The translations under genes were made by a program, and so were the position numbers. Positions 54,543 to 63,265 of a stretch of DNA of 64,000 nucleotides are shown piece after piece. The notes under the pieces were generated by a model. The model was not told the DNA's origin and ran no database searches. It was given only the letters and a program-made list of their open reading frames with translations. Position 1 is the stretch's first letter. Each line of letters starts with the position of its first letter. This DNA comes from an uncultured Pirellulaceae bacterium (GTDB lineage Bacteria > Planctomycetota > Planctomycetia > Pirellulales > Pirellulaceae). The stretch is from positions 12,421-76,420 of the forward strand of contig CAYVRC010000005.1 of NCBI GenBank assembly GCA_964453205.1, given 5' to 3'.

Positions 54543-57500
54543 ATGCAATCTCTAGACATTTTTAATCGCTTCATCCTTCGTCGCGTTGAAAGTAGTCCGA
54601 TTCGGCGTAGAAAGTCCGTGAGACTTGAGGCTCTTGAAGACCGCACGCTCATGTCCGCCGATTTAAGACTGGCACAACCGTTTGAGTTAGACTTGGCGGA
54701 ATCAAGCCAGTACTCGGTGCCTGGTGATCTGAGATTCGCCGAATTAGACGATCGATTCCTCTTTGTAGGCGACAACGGCCTTACCGGCAGCGAGCTTTGG
54801 AGTTCTGATGGAACTGAGGCTGGAACGAGCCTAGTCAGAGAGATCTATCCCGGCAGTCAGGGTGCGAACCCGGGGATGCTAAAAGTTTTGGGTGACGAAG
54901 TCTTCTTTTTTGCAAACGACCCAGATCACGGAATAGAGCTTTGGAAAAGCGATGGCACAGAGGGTGGCACACAAATCGTTGCGGACAAGTTCTCTCAGCC
55001 GCGTCTGTTTGAAAGCACAGTGCAAGGGACGTCCTCCAACAAAACACTAGTTGAAGCAAATGGAAGGTTGTTTTTCCCTCATCTCGATCCAGAGTTTGAA
55101 CAAGTTCTGTATGTCTCCGACGGAACATCTGACGGAACACGGATCTTTATGACCTTTTTCGATGAAGATGGCTTCAGGATCATCGACAATGATGGTGTTG
55201 AGAACCTAACCGAAGCCGATGATATCTTCTATTTTTCAGCTAGATTGCGGGGCGACTATCACGTCTACCGATCAGATGGAACCGTTGACGGAACATTTCC
55301 TATTGCTGCACCATTTGAGTTCGAGCCGAAAGACTTCAAGACGAAAAACAACCGAGTTTCGTTCGCTGTTAACGGTAGCGTTTGGGCCAGCAATGGTCAG
55401 TTGCGAGACGCCTATCAGGTGCACGCAGCAGAACGAGGTGGAAGGGTTGGTTTTTTTACTTCTCGTGTCTTACATCATCCATTCCAAGACGGAGTCATGG
55501 TTTTTGAGGTCCTTCAAACGCCGAGCGGTCGCGTTGGACGCATAGGAATTCACGGTGGTCTGCCGAGCGATCTAACTGAGTATTTCGCCGGTGGCGACAG
55601 CGCAACTTTCAATGAGAGATTGTTCGTAGAAATCGAGCAAGAACTGTTTTTTTATCAGGAAGGTCCAAGTGAGGCGCGTGGTCTTTGGAAGACAGATGGC
55701 ACTTCAGAGGGAACCGTTATGATGTCAACGCTCGTCCCAGAACTTCCAACATCAGTAATAACCACCTCGTATTTCGCCAAATCAGCACGTCTGTTTTTTT
55801 CCACAGGCCGGCAATGGTGGTCAACCGATGGAACACCTAGCGGTACCTACATTGAGGAATGGCTTGATTTCTTGAACGATGTAGAAGTGCGCAAGGATGG
55901 CTTTAGGGCAAATGGGGATGTCGTTTTTCAATCGTTTCCTGAAGACGGCCCGACAACGCTTCAAATGCTGAACTTCCAGCAGGAGAGCCCCACGCTCTTG
56001 CAAAGTGATGGCGAACGCTCCGTGGTATCTGCGTTGGCGTCTGTGGAGATTCTGGACTCGCTCGAATACTTGAGTGCCACTGCGGGTGACACTTGGTACT
56101 TTAGGGACGGGCAAGGTTTGTCAGCTTTCAGTGAACGACTAGGTTTGCGTCCAATCGAAGGTGTTGATGGCTTCCGTCGTCTCGCAGTTGTTGGCGATGA
56201 TTTATACCTATCTTCACTTTTTAGGGGTGTCACCACGTTGCAGGTCGTCCGCCAGGATTCGCCAAACGCATTGCGAGTGACGACAAACGGATTCACGGGA
56301 CGATTCAGTTTCTTGGGAAGCCTAAACGGTGACGTACTGTTTTCTGCTAACGACGAGGAGGGGATTGAGAGGTTGTGGAAGTCTGACGGTACGGCCGACG
56401 GAACTTTGGCCTTAGACATACCGGTGCCAATTCGTCACACGATTGAGTTCAGGGGAGCCTTGTACTTTGCGGCTCCTTCGTCGCAGGCAAGTGGTTGGTC
56501 TCTTTATCGATCTGACGGAACTCTCGATGGCACAGTGGAACTGGCAGAAATGGGTTTCTCAACGCCGGACGTTTTCGTCGTCAAGGGCGGGGAATTGTAT
56601 GCTCTAAGCACTTTCACAGCCTGGAAGACTGACGGAACTCGCTCAGGAACCAGATATATTGCGGATATCGTTGCGAGTGAGTTTGCTTCGACCGGGCAAG
56701 CACTTTTTGCGGCTGCATCTCCCATAACTTCGCTCTTGCTAATTGATCAATCTGGTGTACCTGAGGTGGTGCTGAAAGCGTACCCCGGCAAGGAGGGAAT
56801 TCGTCAGCTAACTCACTTTAACGACAGGGTTATTTTTTCTGCTGATGATGGGATAAACGGTGCAGAGCTCTGGGTGAGTGACGGCACAAGCGAGGGTACT
56901 TTTATGGTGAAAGACATCGCGCCGGGGGCCTCAGGATCTTATCCACGCGACTTTACAGTACATGATGGACGAGTGTACTTTCAAGCGGATGATCGTGAGC
57001 ATGGATTTGAGCTTTGGAGTACTGACGGAACAGAAGTTGGCACAGTGCTTGTTCGTGATTTCACAAACGACAGTTTTAGCAGCCACCCACGAACATTCAC
57101 CCTTGATGGCCAGTTGCTTTCGATCGCATCGACATTCGAAACTGGTCGTCGGCTATATTTCACCGATTCGATTTCGACAGAACCAGGGATCGCGAACGTT
57201 GTGGTCGCAAACGGTGAGTCGGGACGATCGAATGTATCATCATGGGCCGTCGCCTTCGACCAACCTGTCGACTACCACGGTCAGAGCATTTCCGACGCAA
57301 TATCGGTCGTCTTACAGCCTGTCCGAGTTCCATCCGGCAGCACGCGTGAAGTCGATTTTCGAGACGAGCTCTTCTCTTTAGAAGTCGACACTGAGACTGG
57401 AAACTCTTGGCTGGTCTTCGATAGTGGATCTCAAAAGATTCCAGACGGCACTTTTCGGGTCAAGATCTCAACCACAAACCTGCGTAACTCCGCGAGCGTA

Positions 57501-58163
57501 GCGGTGGACGGAGACGGCGACGGGCTGGCTGGTGGTGATTTTGAGTTTGAGTTCCACAGCTTGGCTGGTGACGTCGATGGTAACGGCGTGGTTGGCCCAA
57601 GCGATATGCTTGTTGTTGCCCAATCTTTAGGGACAACCCCAGCTTCAGCAAAGTGGAATGCGAACGCTGATGTCGATCTCGACGGCCGGATCTCAGTGCG
57701 AGACAGGGTGTATGTCGCTCGACGGCTTGGTGAGGCAGTTGTCCCTTTTGACGGCGATATCTTAACAAGCGATCCTCTCACGCGGTTTGATGTGACAGAT
57801 GACGGTGACGTTTCAGCTCAAGATGCTCTCACAGTAATAAATTATTTAGCCCGTGCAGTCTCAGAACCAATGAGGGAAGTTGGAGACACTAGTTCATTCG
57901 CTCAGGAAAGGTTGGACGTGTCAAAAGATGGGAAAGTGACCGCGCTCGACGCGCTGCAGGTCATCAACCAACTGAACCGTCTTTCCGCGGTCACCGTTCC
58001 GTATGAGGGCGAGGGGATCGACCCTGACGAACCGAGCTTCGACGCGGCGAGTTCCCTGCCTGGCATAGCAACACCAACATGGATCATGGATGACGAAGAT
58101 GAAGTACTGGAGGAAACAATCGACACATTAGCCCTTGATCTTGTCGAGCACAGAAACTTTTAA
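54543..58163 (+). CDS. ELWxxDGT-repeat protein (beta-propeller-like) with two C-terminal dockerin-type modules
   Basis: The N-terminus contains RLEALEDRTLMSA. There are at least 11 repeats (ELWSSDGTEAGT, ELWKSDGTEGGT, LYVSDGTSDGT, VYRSDGTVDGT, LWKTDGTSEGT, WWSTDGTPSGT, LWKSDGTADGT, LYRSDGTLDGT, AWKTDGTRSGT, ELWVSDGTSEGT, ELWSTDGTEVGT). Dockerin-like loops at nt 57564-57983 are DVDGNGVVGPSDMLVVAQSLG, DVDLDGRISVRDRVYVARRLG, DVTDDGDVSAQDALTVINYLAR and DVSKDGKVTALDALQVINQLNR. Confidence 0.85.
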   Translation: MQSLDIFNRFILRRVESSPIRRRKSVRLEALEDRTLMSADLRLAQPFELDLAESSQYSVPGDLRFAELDDRFLFVGDNGLTGSELWSSDGTEAGTSLVREIYPGSQGANPGMLKVLGDEVFFFANDPDHGIELWKSDGTEGGTQIVADKFSQPRLFESTVQGTSSNKTLVEANGRLFFPHLDPEFEQVLYVSDGTSDGTRIFMTFFDEDGFRIIDNDGVENLTEADDIFYFSARLRGDYHVYRSDGTVDGTFPIAAPFEFEPKDFKTKNNRVSFAVNGSVWASNGQLRDAYQVHAAERGGRVGFFTSRVLHHPFQDGVMVFEVLQTPSGRVGRIGIHGGLPSDLTEYFAGGDSATFNERLFVEIEQELFFYQEGPSEARGLWKTDGTSEGTVMMSTLVPELPTSVITTSYFAKSARLFFSTGRQWWSTDGTPSGTYIEEWLDFLNDVEVRKDGFRANGDVVFQSFPEDGPTTLQMLNFQQESPTLLQSDGERSVVSALASVEILDSLEYLSATAGDTWYFRDGQGLSAFSERLGLRPIEGVDGFRRLAVVGDDLYLSSLFRGVTTLQVVRQDSPNALRVTTNGFTGRFSFLGSLNGDVLFSANDEEGIERLWKSDGTADGTLALDIPVPIRHTIEFRGALYFAAPSSQASGWSLYRSDGTLDGTVELAEMGFSTPDVFVVKGGELYALSTFTAWKTDGTRSGTRYIADIVASEFASTGQALFAAASPITSLLLIDQSGVPEVVLKAYPGKEGIRQLTHFNDRVIFSADDGINGAELWVSDGTSEGTFMVKDIAPGASGSYPRDFTVHDGRVYFQADDREHGFELWSTDGTEVGTVLVRDFTNDSFSSHPRTFTLDGQLLSIASTFETGRRLYFTDSISTEPGIANVVVANGESGRSNVSSWAVAFDQPVDYHGQSISDAISVVLQPVRVPSGSTREVDFRDELFSLEVDTETGNSWLVFDSGSQKIPDGTFRVKISTTNLRNSASVAVDGDGDGLAGGDFEFEFHSLAGDVDGNGVVGPSDMLVVAQSLGTTPASAKWNANADVDLDGRISVRDRVYVARRLGEAVVPFDGDILTSDPLTRFDVTDDGDVSAQDALTVINYLARAVSEPMREVGDTSSFAQERLDVSKDGKVTALDALQVINQLNRLSAVTVPYEGEGIDPDEPSFDAASSLPGIATPTWIMDDEDEVLEETIDTLALDLVEHRNF

Positions 58164-58196
58164 GTCCACAGAAAAGGTCTAGACGGAACCACTCTC

Positions 58197-58820
58197 ATGA
58201 GATTGATCTTCATCATTGCAGTTCTGACGTTTGTTGGTCGCTCGTCCTGTAGCGCTGCCGCTGTTCGCATCGTCGATGCACCAGAGACAATCATCCCCGG
58301 CCAAACGTTTTCATTTGATGTCGTTGTCCCGGCGATGACGGCGCTTTCGGCATATCAGATCGACATCCTTCTCGCCGGCAGTACTGGTTCTGCCGGAATC
58401 GACTTTCAATTTGGGCCTGCGGAAGCGGTCGCACCGGCAGATGGCTATGTTTTCGCGTCAACGGATTTCTTTGCTCCTGCGATCAACAACGTTTCGACGG
58501 CCGTGCAGCGTCTGACACTGTCGGATATCGATCTGGTCGGTCGCAACACCATAACGGGCGTCAATGACCAGATCGCTCGCGTCAGTGTCCTGACGTCCGA
58601 CTCCTACGATGGCAGCCTGCAATTTTCGATTGACCCCGCGACGTTGATTCTGGATGGCCCACAGTTCACCCCGACCTCGGTTCCCGAGTTTGCGAGCATT
58701 CAAGCGGACACACTCAATCAGCCGTCCATCACGATCACGGCCGTCCCCGAACCGGCCGCGTTCACTCTGCTAGCAGGACTCACCGTATGTTTCCGAAGCG
58801 TCCGGAAGAAGAAGGCATAA
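58197..58820 (+). CDS. PEP-CTERM-anchored secreted protein with cohesin-like beta-sandwich domain
   Basis: The signal peptide is MRLIFIIAVLTFVGRSSCSA. The domain begins AVRIVDAPETIIPGQTFSFDVVVPAMTALSAYQIDILL. The C-terminus VPEPAAFTLLAGLTVCFRSVRKKKA has the PEP motif, a TM helix and a basic tail. The PEP-CTERM call is strong; the cohesin call is by resemblance only. Confidence 0.75.
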   Translation: MRLIFIIAVLTFVGRSSCSAAAVRIVDAPETIIPGQTFSFDVVVPAMTALSAYQIDILLAGSTGSAGIDFQFGPAEAVAPADGYVFASTDFFAPAINNVSTAVQRLTLSDIDLVGRNTITGVNDQIARVSVLTSDSYDGSLQFSIDPATLILDGPQFTPTSVPEFASIQADTLNQPSITITAVPEPAAFTLLAGLTVCFRSVRKKKA

Positions 58821-58976
58821 TAGGGACAGGCAACTGTTTGTCGCGGTGAAGTACGATCGGCCGGTGACGAGGGCGATCACAGATGGACTGCGGCGTTCTC
58901 GATCATGACGCGGCAACCGTGACAGCACTCCGAAATTGTGAGGTGAATGGCCGAACGACGGTGGCTCGTTTTCCAC

Positions 58977-59490
58977 GATGCGAAAGGGTGCTCAGCAGGC
59001 AGTGACTAAGGCCAACGCAACCAAGAAGTTACATCCATAAGTGCAGTGACAGCGTGAGATCGCTGAAGTGCTCGGCGTCGGTCGGAAGACCGTTCGGCGT
59101 CATTCGACCCACGTGGCGACCGAACCCGCCGCGACCGATTCGAAAAGGGGGCGCCGCGCCCACCGGCTTGGCCGCCGAGCTGACGCCGATGATGCCCGCA
59201 CAGGCCGGCGAATCAGCCAATCCCGCCAAGTCGGCTGGTGCCTGCGAGCCGTTCCGCGATGCCATCGAAGCGAGGCTTTCGCGAGGTTTGCACGCTCGGC
59301 GGACCTTTCAAGACTCGCAGTGCCGGCAAGGCTACCCAGGCAGCTCTACGACAGCGTCCGACGCTTCGTCAAAAAGCTCGACACTGACGAGCCGACCGCC
59401 TTGCGGCGCATCGAAGTCGAACCTGATCAGGAAGCCCAGGTCGACTGCGGCCAACGCTGGGGCCTTTCGTTCGGCAGGCGTGAGAGCTGA
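58977..59490 (+). pseudogene. IS21-family transposase (IstA-like) N-terminal fragment, frameshifted and with in-frame stops
   Basis: Pieces lie in two frames: ...REIAEVLGVGRKTVRRH (HTH), ...SAGACEPFRDAIEARLSRGLHARRTFQD..., ...LYDSVRRFVKKLDTDEPTALRRIEVEPDQEAQVDCG. This matches the IstA pattern (HTH, then a basic linker, then R-x-E-x-x-PG-x-x-x-Q-x-D-x-G). Stops interrupt the sequence at ~59037 and ~59047. There is no catalytic DDE part, no IstB and no visible terminal repeats. The boundaries are approximate. Confidence 0.55.
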
Positions 59491-59777
59491 TCCGGGACGA
59501 AGTCGCCGCGAAAACGCTTCACCGATGACGCCTTCTTGAGGGCCGCCGAAGATGAAGTGGAACAACCCCGAGATCGTTGCGACAGTTTGTCATGCCGCGG
59601 AGTCGTTTCTTGCAAAGCCGCTCATCGGCCGACGGGGGAGGAACCGGCGAACGCGAAAAGTGAGCGTTGGTCGCGAAAATGGCCGGCCGGAACCGCCGGG
59701 CCTCCCAAGTCGGGACCGCGAAACGATAAGATAGCGGCGGTTCCCCGACGCGACTTATCCACTGGAGTAAACAGTCA

Positions 59778-61838
59778 ATGCCTGACGCAGGTTCTACGTT
59801 TCCCGCACCCGATACCATTCGTAACCTTTGTCTTTGCGGACACACCGGTGCCGGTAAAACGACTTTGTGTGAACGATTGTTGTTCGGTGCGGGCGAAATC
59901 AAACGCATGGGGGATGTCGAATCCGGCAGCACGGTGTGTGACTTCACCGAAGAAGAACAGCATCACAAGCATTCGCTGCAGCCCGCCATCATCCATTTCG
60001 ACTACGAAGGCCATCACGTCAACGTGATCGACACGCCGGGCATGGCGGACTTCATCGGTCATGCGATCGCCTGCTTTCCGGCCGTCGAGACCGTGGTCAT
60101 TGTCATCGATGCGGTCAAAGGCATCGAAAGCGAAACACGACGACTGATGCAAGTCGCGACCGATCGCAATTTGCCGCGGATGATCTTGATCAACAAAATC
60201 GATGTGGCCGAAGCCGACCTGGGCGGTTTGACCGATCAAATCCGCGACGAGTTCGGGGGCGAGTGTCTGCCGATCAACATGCCCAGCCCCGACCGCAGCA
60301 CGGTCATTGATGTCTTTGAAACCGACGCACACGATGAAACCGCGTTCAGCAGCGCCGAAACGGCACACACCAAAATCGTCGAACAAGTCATCGAAGTCGA
60401 CGACGATCTGACCGAAAGTTACCTGGAAGCCGGCGAAGCCGAATTGGAACCGCAACGTTTGCACGACGCGTTCGAAAAGGCACTCCGGTTGGGCCATCTG
60501 GTGCCGATCGTTTACGCCTCGGCCGGCACGGGTGCGGGAATTCCCAACCTGTTGCACGTCGCCGCGTCGTTGCTGCCCAGCCCGTTGGAGGGCAACCCGC
60601 GTCCGTTCGTCCGTGGCGACCAGCCGCTGCACACCGAATTCGATGCCGAAAAACCGACCATCGCCCATGTGTTTCGCGTCAGTACCGACAAACACATCGG
60701 CAAACTCGGCGTGTTTCGCGTGCACCAAGGCGTCGTCAAGTCACGCAGCGAACTGTACATGGACGCTTCCAAGAAACCGCTCCGCGTCGGCCACGTGATG
60801 CGGCTGCAAGGCAAAGACCACGTCGAATGTGACGCGATCGGCCCCGGCGAGATCGGCGCGGTGTCCAAGCTGGAAGACATTCACTTTGACGGCGTGTTGC
60901 ACGACGGCGCGACGCCCGAGGATCCGCCGCATTTGGTGTCCTTGCCGCTGCCCAAGCCGATGTTCGGGTTGGCGATCGAACTGAAAAGTCACGCCGACGA
61001 AACCAAGTTCTCCACCGCCATCGCCAAGCTGCAAGCCGAAGACCCTTGTTTCGTGTTGGAGCGGATCGGCGCGACCAAGCAAACCGTCATGCGGGGTCTG
61101 GGCGAACTGCATCTGCGCGTGATCCTGGAAAAACTGAAATCGATCTACGACATCGAACTGGAAACTTCGCCGCCAAAGATCGCCTTCAAGGAAACCATCA
61201 CGGCCCCGGCCGAAGGTCATCACCGACACAAAAAACAGACCGGCGGTGCCGGACAGTTCGGGGAAGTCTACTTGCGCGTCGCCCCACTGCCGGAGGAACA
61301 CGAGGAAGGGTTCGAATTCGTCAACGCCACGGTCGGTGGTACGATTCCCCGCCAATTCATGCCCGCGATCGAAAAAGGCATCCGGCAAGTCTTGGCCGAC
61401 GGCGCAGTGGCCGGCTACCCGATGTCGGGCGTGCGAGTCGAAGTTTACGACGGCAAACATCACGACGTCGACAGCAAAGAAATCGCCTTCATCACCGCCG
61501 GCAAGAAAGCGTTCTTGGACGCGGTCAAAAAGGCCAAGCCGATCCTGCTGGAACCCTTCGTCGAAGTCACCGTGTCGACGCCCAGCGAATCGATGGGTGA
61601 CGTGTCCGGTGACATCGCGACGCGGCGGGGACGGGTCAGCGATACCGAAATCCGGGGCAACACGTGCATCGTCAAAGCCACCGCGCCGCTGGGCGAACTG
61701 CAGACCTACGCGACCCAGCTCCGCAGTTTGACCTCCGGTGCGGGCAGCTTCACGATGACCTACAGCCACGACGAACCGGCACCTGGCGATATCCAACAAG
61801 CCGAGATGGCCAACTTCAGCCATCACGACGACGACTGA
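59778..61838 (+). CDS. elongation factor G paralog (EF-G2-like translational GTPase)
   Basis: G1 is GHTGAGKTT, G3 is DTPGMADF and G4 is NKID. Domains II-V are present (HRHKKQTGGAGQFGEV, GYPMSGVRVEVYDGKHHDVDS, LLEPFVEVTVSTP). It is not next to rpsL/rpsG/tuf. Confidence 0.88.
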   Translation: MPDAGSTFPAPDTIRNLCLCGHTGAGKTTLCERLLFGAGEIKRMGDVESGSTVCDFTEEEQHHKHSLQPAIIHFDYEGHHVNVIDTPGMADFIGHAIACFPAVETVVIVIDAVKGIESETRRLMQVATDRNLPRMILINKIDVAEADLGGLTDQIRDEFGGECLPINMPSPDRSTVIDVFETDAHDETAFSSAETAHTKIVEQVIEVDDDLTESYLEAGEAELEPQRLHDAFEKALRLGHLVPIVYASAGTGAGIPNLLHVAASLLPSPLEGNPRPFVRGDQPLHTEFDAEKPTIAHVFRVSTDKHIGKLGVFRVHQGVVKSRSELYMDASKKPLRVGHVMRLQGKDHVECDAIGPGEIGAVSKLEDIHFDGVLHDGATPEDPPHLVSLPLPKPMFGLAIELKSHADETKFSTAIAKLQAEDPCFVLERIGATKQTVMRGLGELHLRVILEKLKSIYDIELETSPPKIAFKETITAPAEGHHRHKKQTGGAGQFGEVYLRVAPLPEEHEEGFEFVNATVGGTIPRQFMPAIEKGIRQVLADGAVAGYPMSGVRVEVYDGKHHDVDSKEIAFITAGKKAFLDAVKKAKPILLEPFVEVTVSTPSESMGDVSGDIATRRGRVSDTEIRGNTCIVKATAPLGELQTYATQLRSLTSGAGSFTMTYSHDEPAPGDIQQAEMANFSHHDDD

Positions 61839-61867
61839 TCCGCCGAGCGGGTTCAACGCCGCGACGA

Positions 61868-63226
61868 TCAATCGTCAGACGATTCGCTTTGCGTCTGATA
61901 TTTCCGTTTGTATTTTTCGTACAGCATCGTGTGCCGGCTTCCCAGATCGACGCGTCGACCTTGGATGAACGCCGCCGTCACATTGCTGGACGTTTCCAAA
62001 ATGTCACCCGTCGCGACGATCAATGTCGCGTCCTTTCCGACGGTCAACGAACCGACACGATCGGCCACACCCAGGATCTCCGCGGGCGACAAGGTGATGC
62101 TACGGACGGCCAAATCGCGGTCCAAGCCGTAGGCGACCGCGCAGCCGGCGTGATAAGGCAAGTTACGCGCCTGAGAGGCGCCGCCGGGATACCCCGGGCC
62201 TTCGCCGCAGATCGAAAACTTGACGCCTTTGGCTTGCAATCGAGCGGGCAACGTGTAGGACGCATCGTAAGAATCGCTGCGACGTAAAGGCAAGCGATAG
62301 GTGCCCGCGACGATCACCGGCACGTCGTGGGCCAGCAACAGATCCGCACAGTCTTCCGCGTCGTAGCCGCCATAGATCACCAGCTTGATGCCGCGGGATT
62401 GGGCATAAGCGACGGCGGACTGCATCGTGGCTTGGCGGTCGGCCTGGGCGATCATCGGCATCTGACCTTGAATGACGGGCAACAGACTTTCCAGCTTCAA
62501 ATCGGTGTCGAACGAATCGAGCTCGCCGGCGTCTCGAGCCGCACGGCGCGCCCGGGCGTAGCGGACGGCCTCGTCCAAGCGATCGTCCAGTTCCTTCAAC
62601 TTCTCTTCGCGTTTTTTGACGGTCGCCGCATCGTCATCACCGCCGGGCGTCATGTTGTTCCAGTCGACACACAAACCCGAGGGGGCGGACAGGTTCATTT
62701 CGTCGGCGGTCCAGCCGTCCAACTGCATCACCGCCGACTGACCGCGGATCCACCGTCCACCGGGCGCGACGTTGGCGATCAACAGCCCGCCGGCCCGCGC
62801 GACGGGGATCAATTCGCTGTCCGGGTTGACGGCCACCCAGGATCGGACGTTGGGATTCTCGCTACCGAACTCCGTCCGATCGACCGTTTCGTCGACCGCG
62901 CTGATTTCTCGCAGTCCCAAATCGGTCATCGATTCGAACAGACCCGGATACACGTGCGAGCCATCGCCGTCGATGATCTGGGCGTCATCGGGGACGTCGA
63001 TGTCTCGGCCGACCGCCGTGATTTTTCCTTCGACGAACAACACGTCGCCACGATCGAGCGTGGCCGCATCGACCGGGTGGACCGTCGCACCGCGGATCAG
63101 GATCGGTCGCGTTTGCGGCGCGCCGGGGACTTGGTCGTGACCGAAACAGGTCTGCCGGTCGAAGCTTTGCCAAGCGACGATCGCGAGCAACCAACAGGCG
63201 ATCGCGGGAAAAATCTTGGGAATCAC
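61868..63226 (-). CDS. amidohydrolase-superfamily protein, exported; the N-terminal HxH metal motif appears to be lacking
   Basis: It has a signal-like N-terminus. LIRGATVHPVD...VLFVEGKITAVG...IIDGDGSHVYPGLFESMTDLGL has the layout of an amidohydrolase composite domain, but reads FESMT where HxH normally follows PG[LF]. The C-terminus is GSLTVGKDATLIVATGD...IQGRRV. Confidence 0.7.
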   Translation of the reverse strand: MIPKIFPAIACWLLAIVAWQSFDRQTCFGHDQVPGAPQTRPILIRGATVHPVDAATLDRGDVLFVEGKITAVGRDIDVPDDAQIIDGDGSHVYPGLFESMTDLGLREISAVDETVDRTEFGSENPNVRSWVAVNPDSELIPVARAGGLLIANVAPGGRWIRGQSAVMQLDGWTADEMNLSAPSGLCVDWNNMTPGGDDDAATVKKREEKLKELDDRLDEAVRYARARRAARDAGELDSFDTDLKLESLLPVIQGQMPMIAQADRQATMQSAVAYAQSRGIKLVIYGGYDAEDCADLLLAHDVPVIVAGTYRLPLRRSDSYDASYTLPARLQAKGVKFSICGEGPGYPGGASQARNLPYHAGCAVAYGLDRDLAVRSITLSPAEILGVADRVGSLTVGKDATLIVATGDILETSSNVTAAFIQGRRVDLGSRHTMLYEKYKRKYQTQSESSDD

Positions 63227-63265
63227 GGTGGCGGGTTCCTTGGTGAACGGGTCGTTCTTGGTGAT

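Noticed and set aside
59689-59744. 10-bp inverted repeat ggaaccgccg ... cggcggttcc upstream of the EF-G gene
   Set aside because: The stem is short, the loop is 36 nt and it lies in GC-rich DNA. It is easily produced by chance and has no flanking features of a terminator or operator.
59775-61871. Two long minus-strand ORFs (317 and 376 aa) opposite the EF-G gene
   Set aside because: They are antisense to a gene with unambiguous GTPase motifs.
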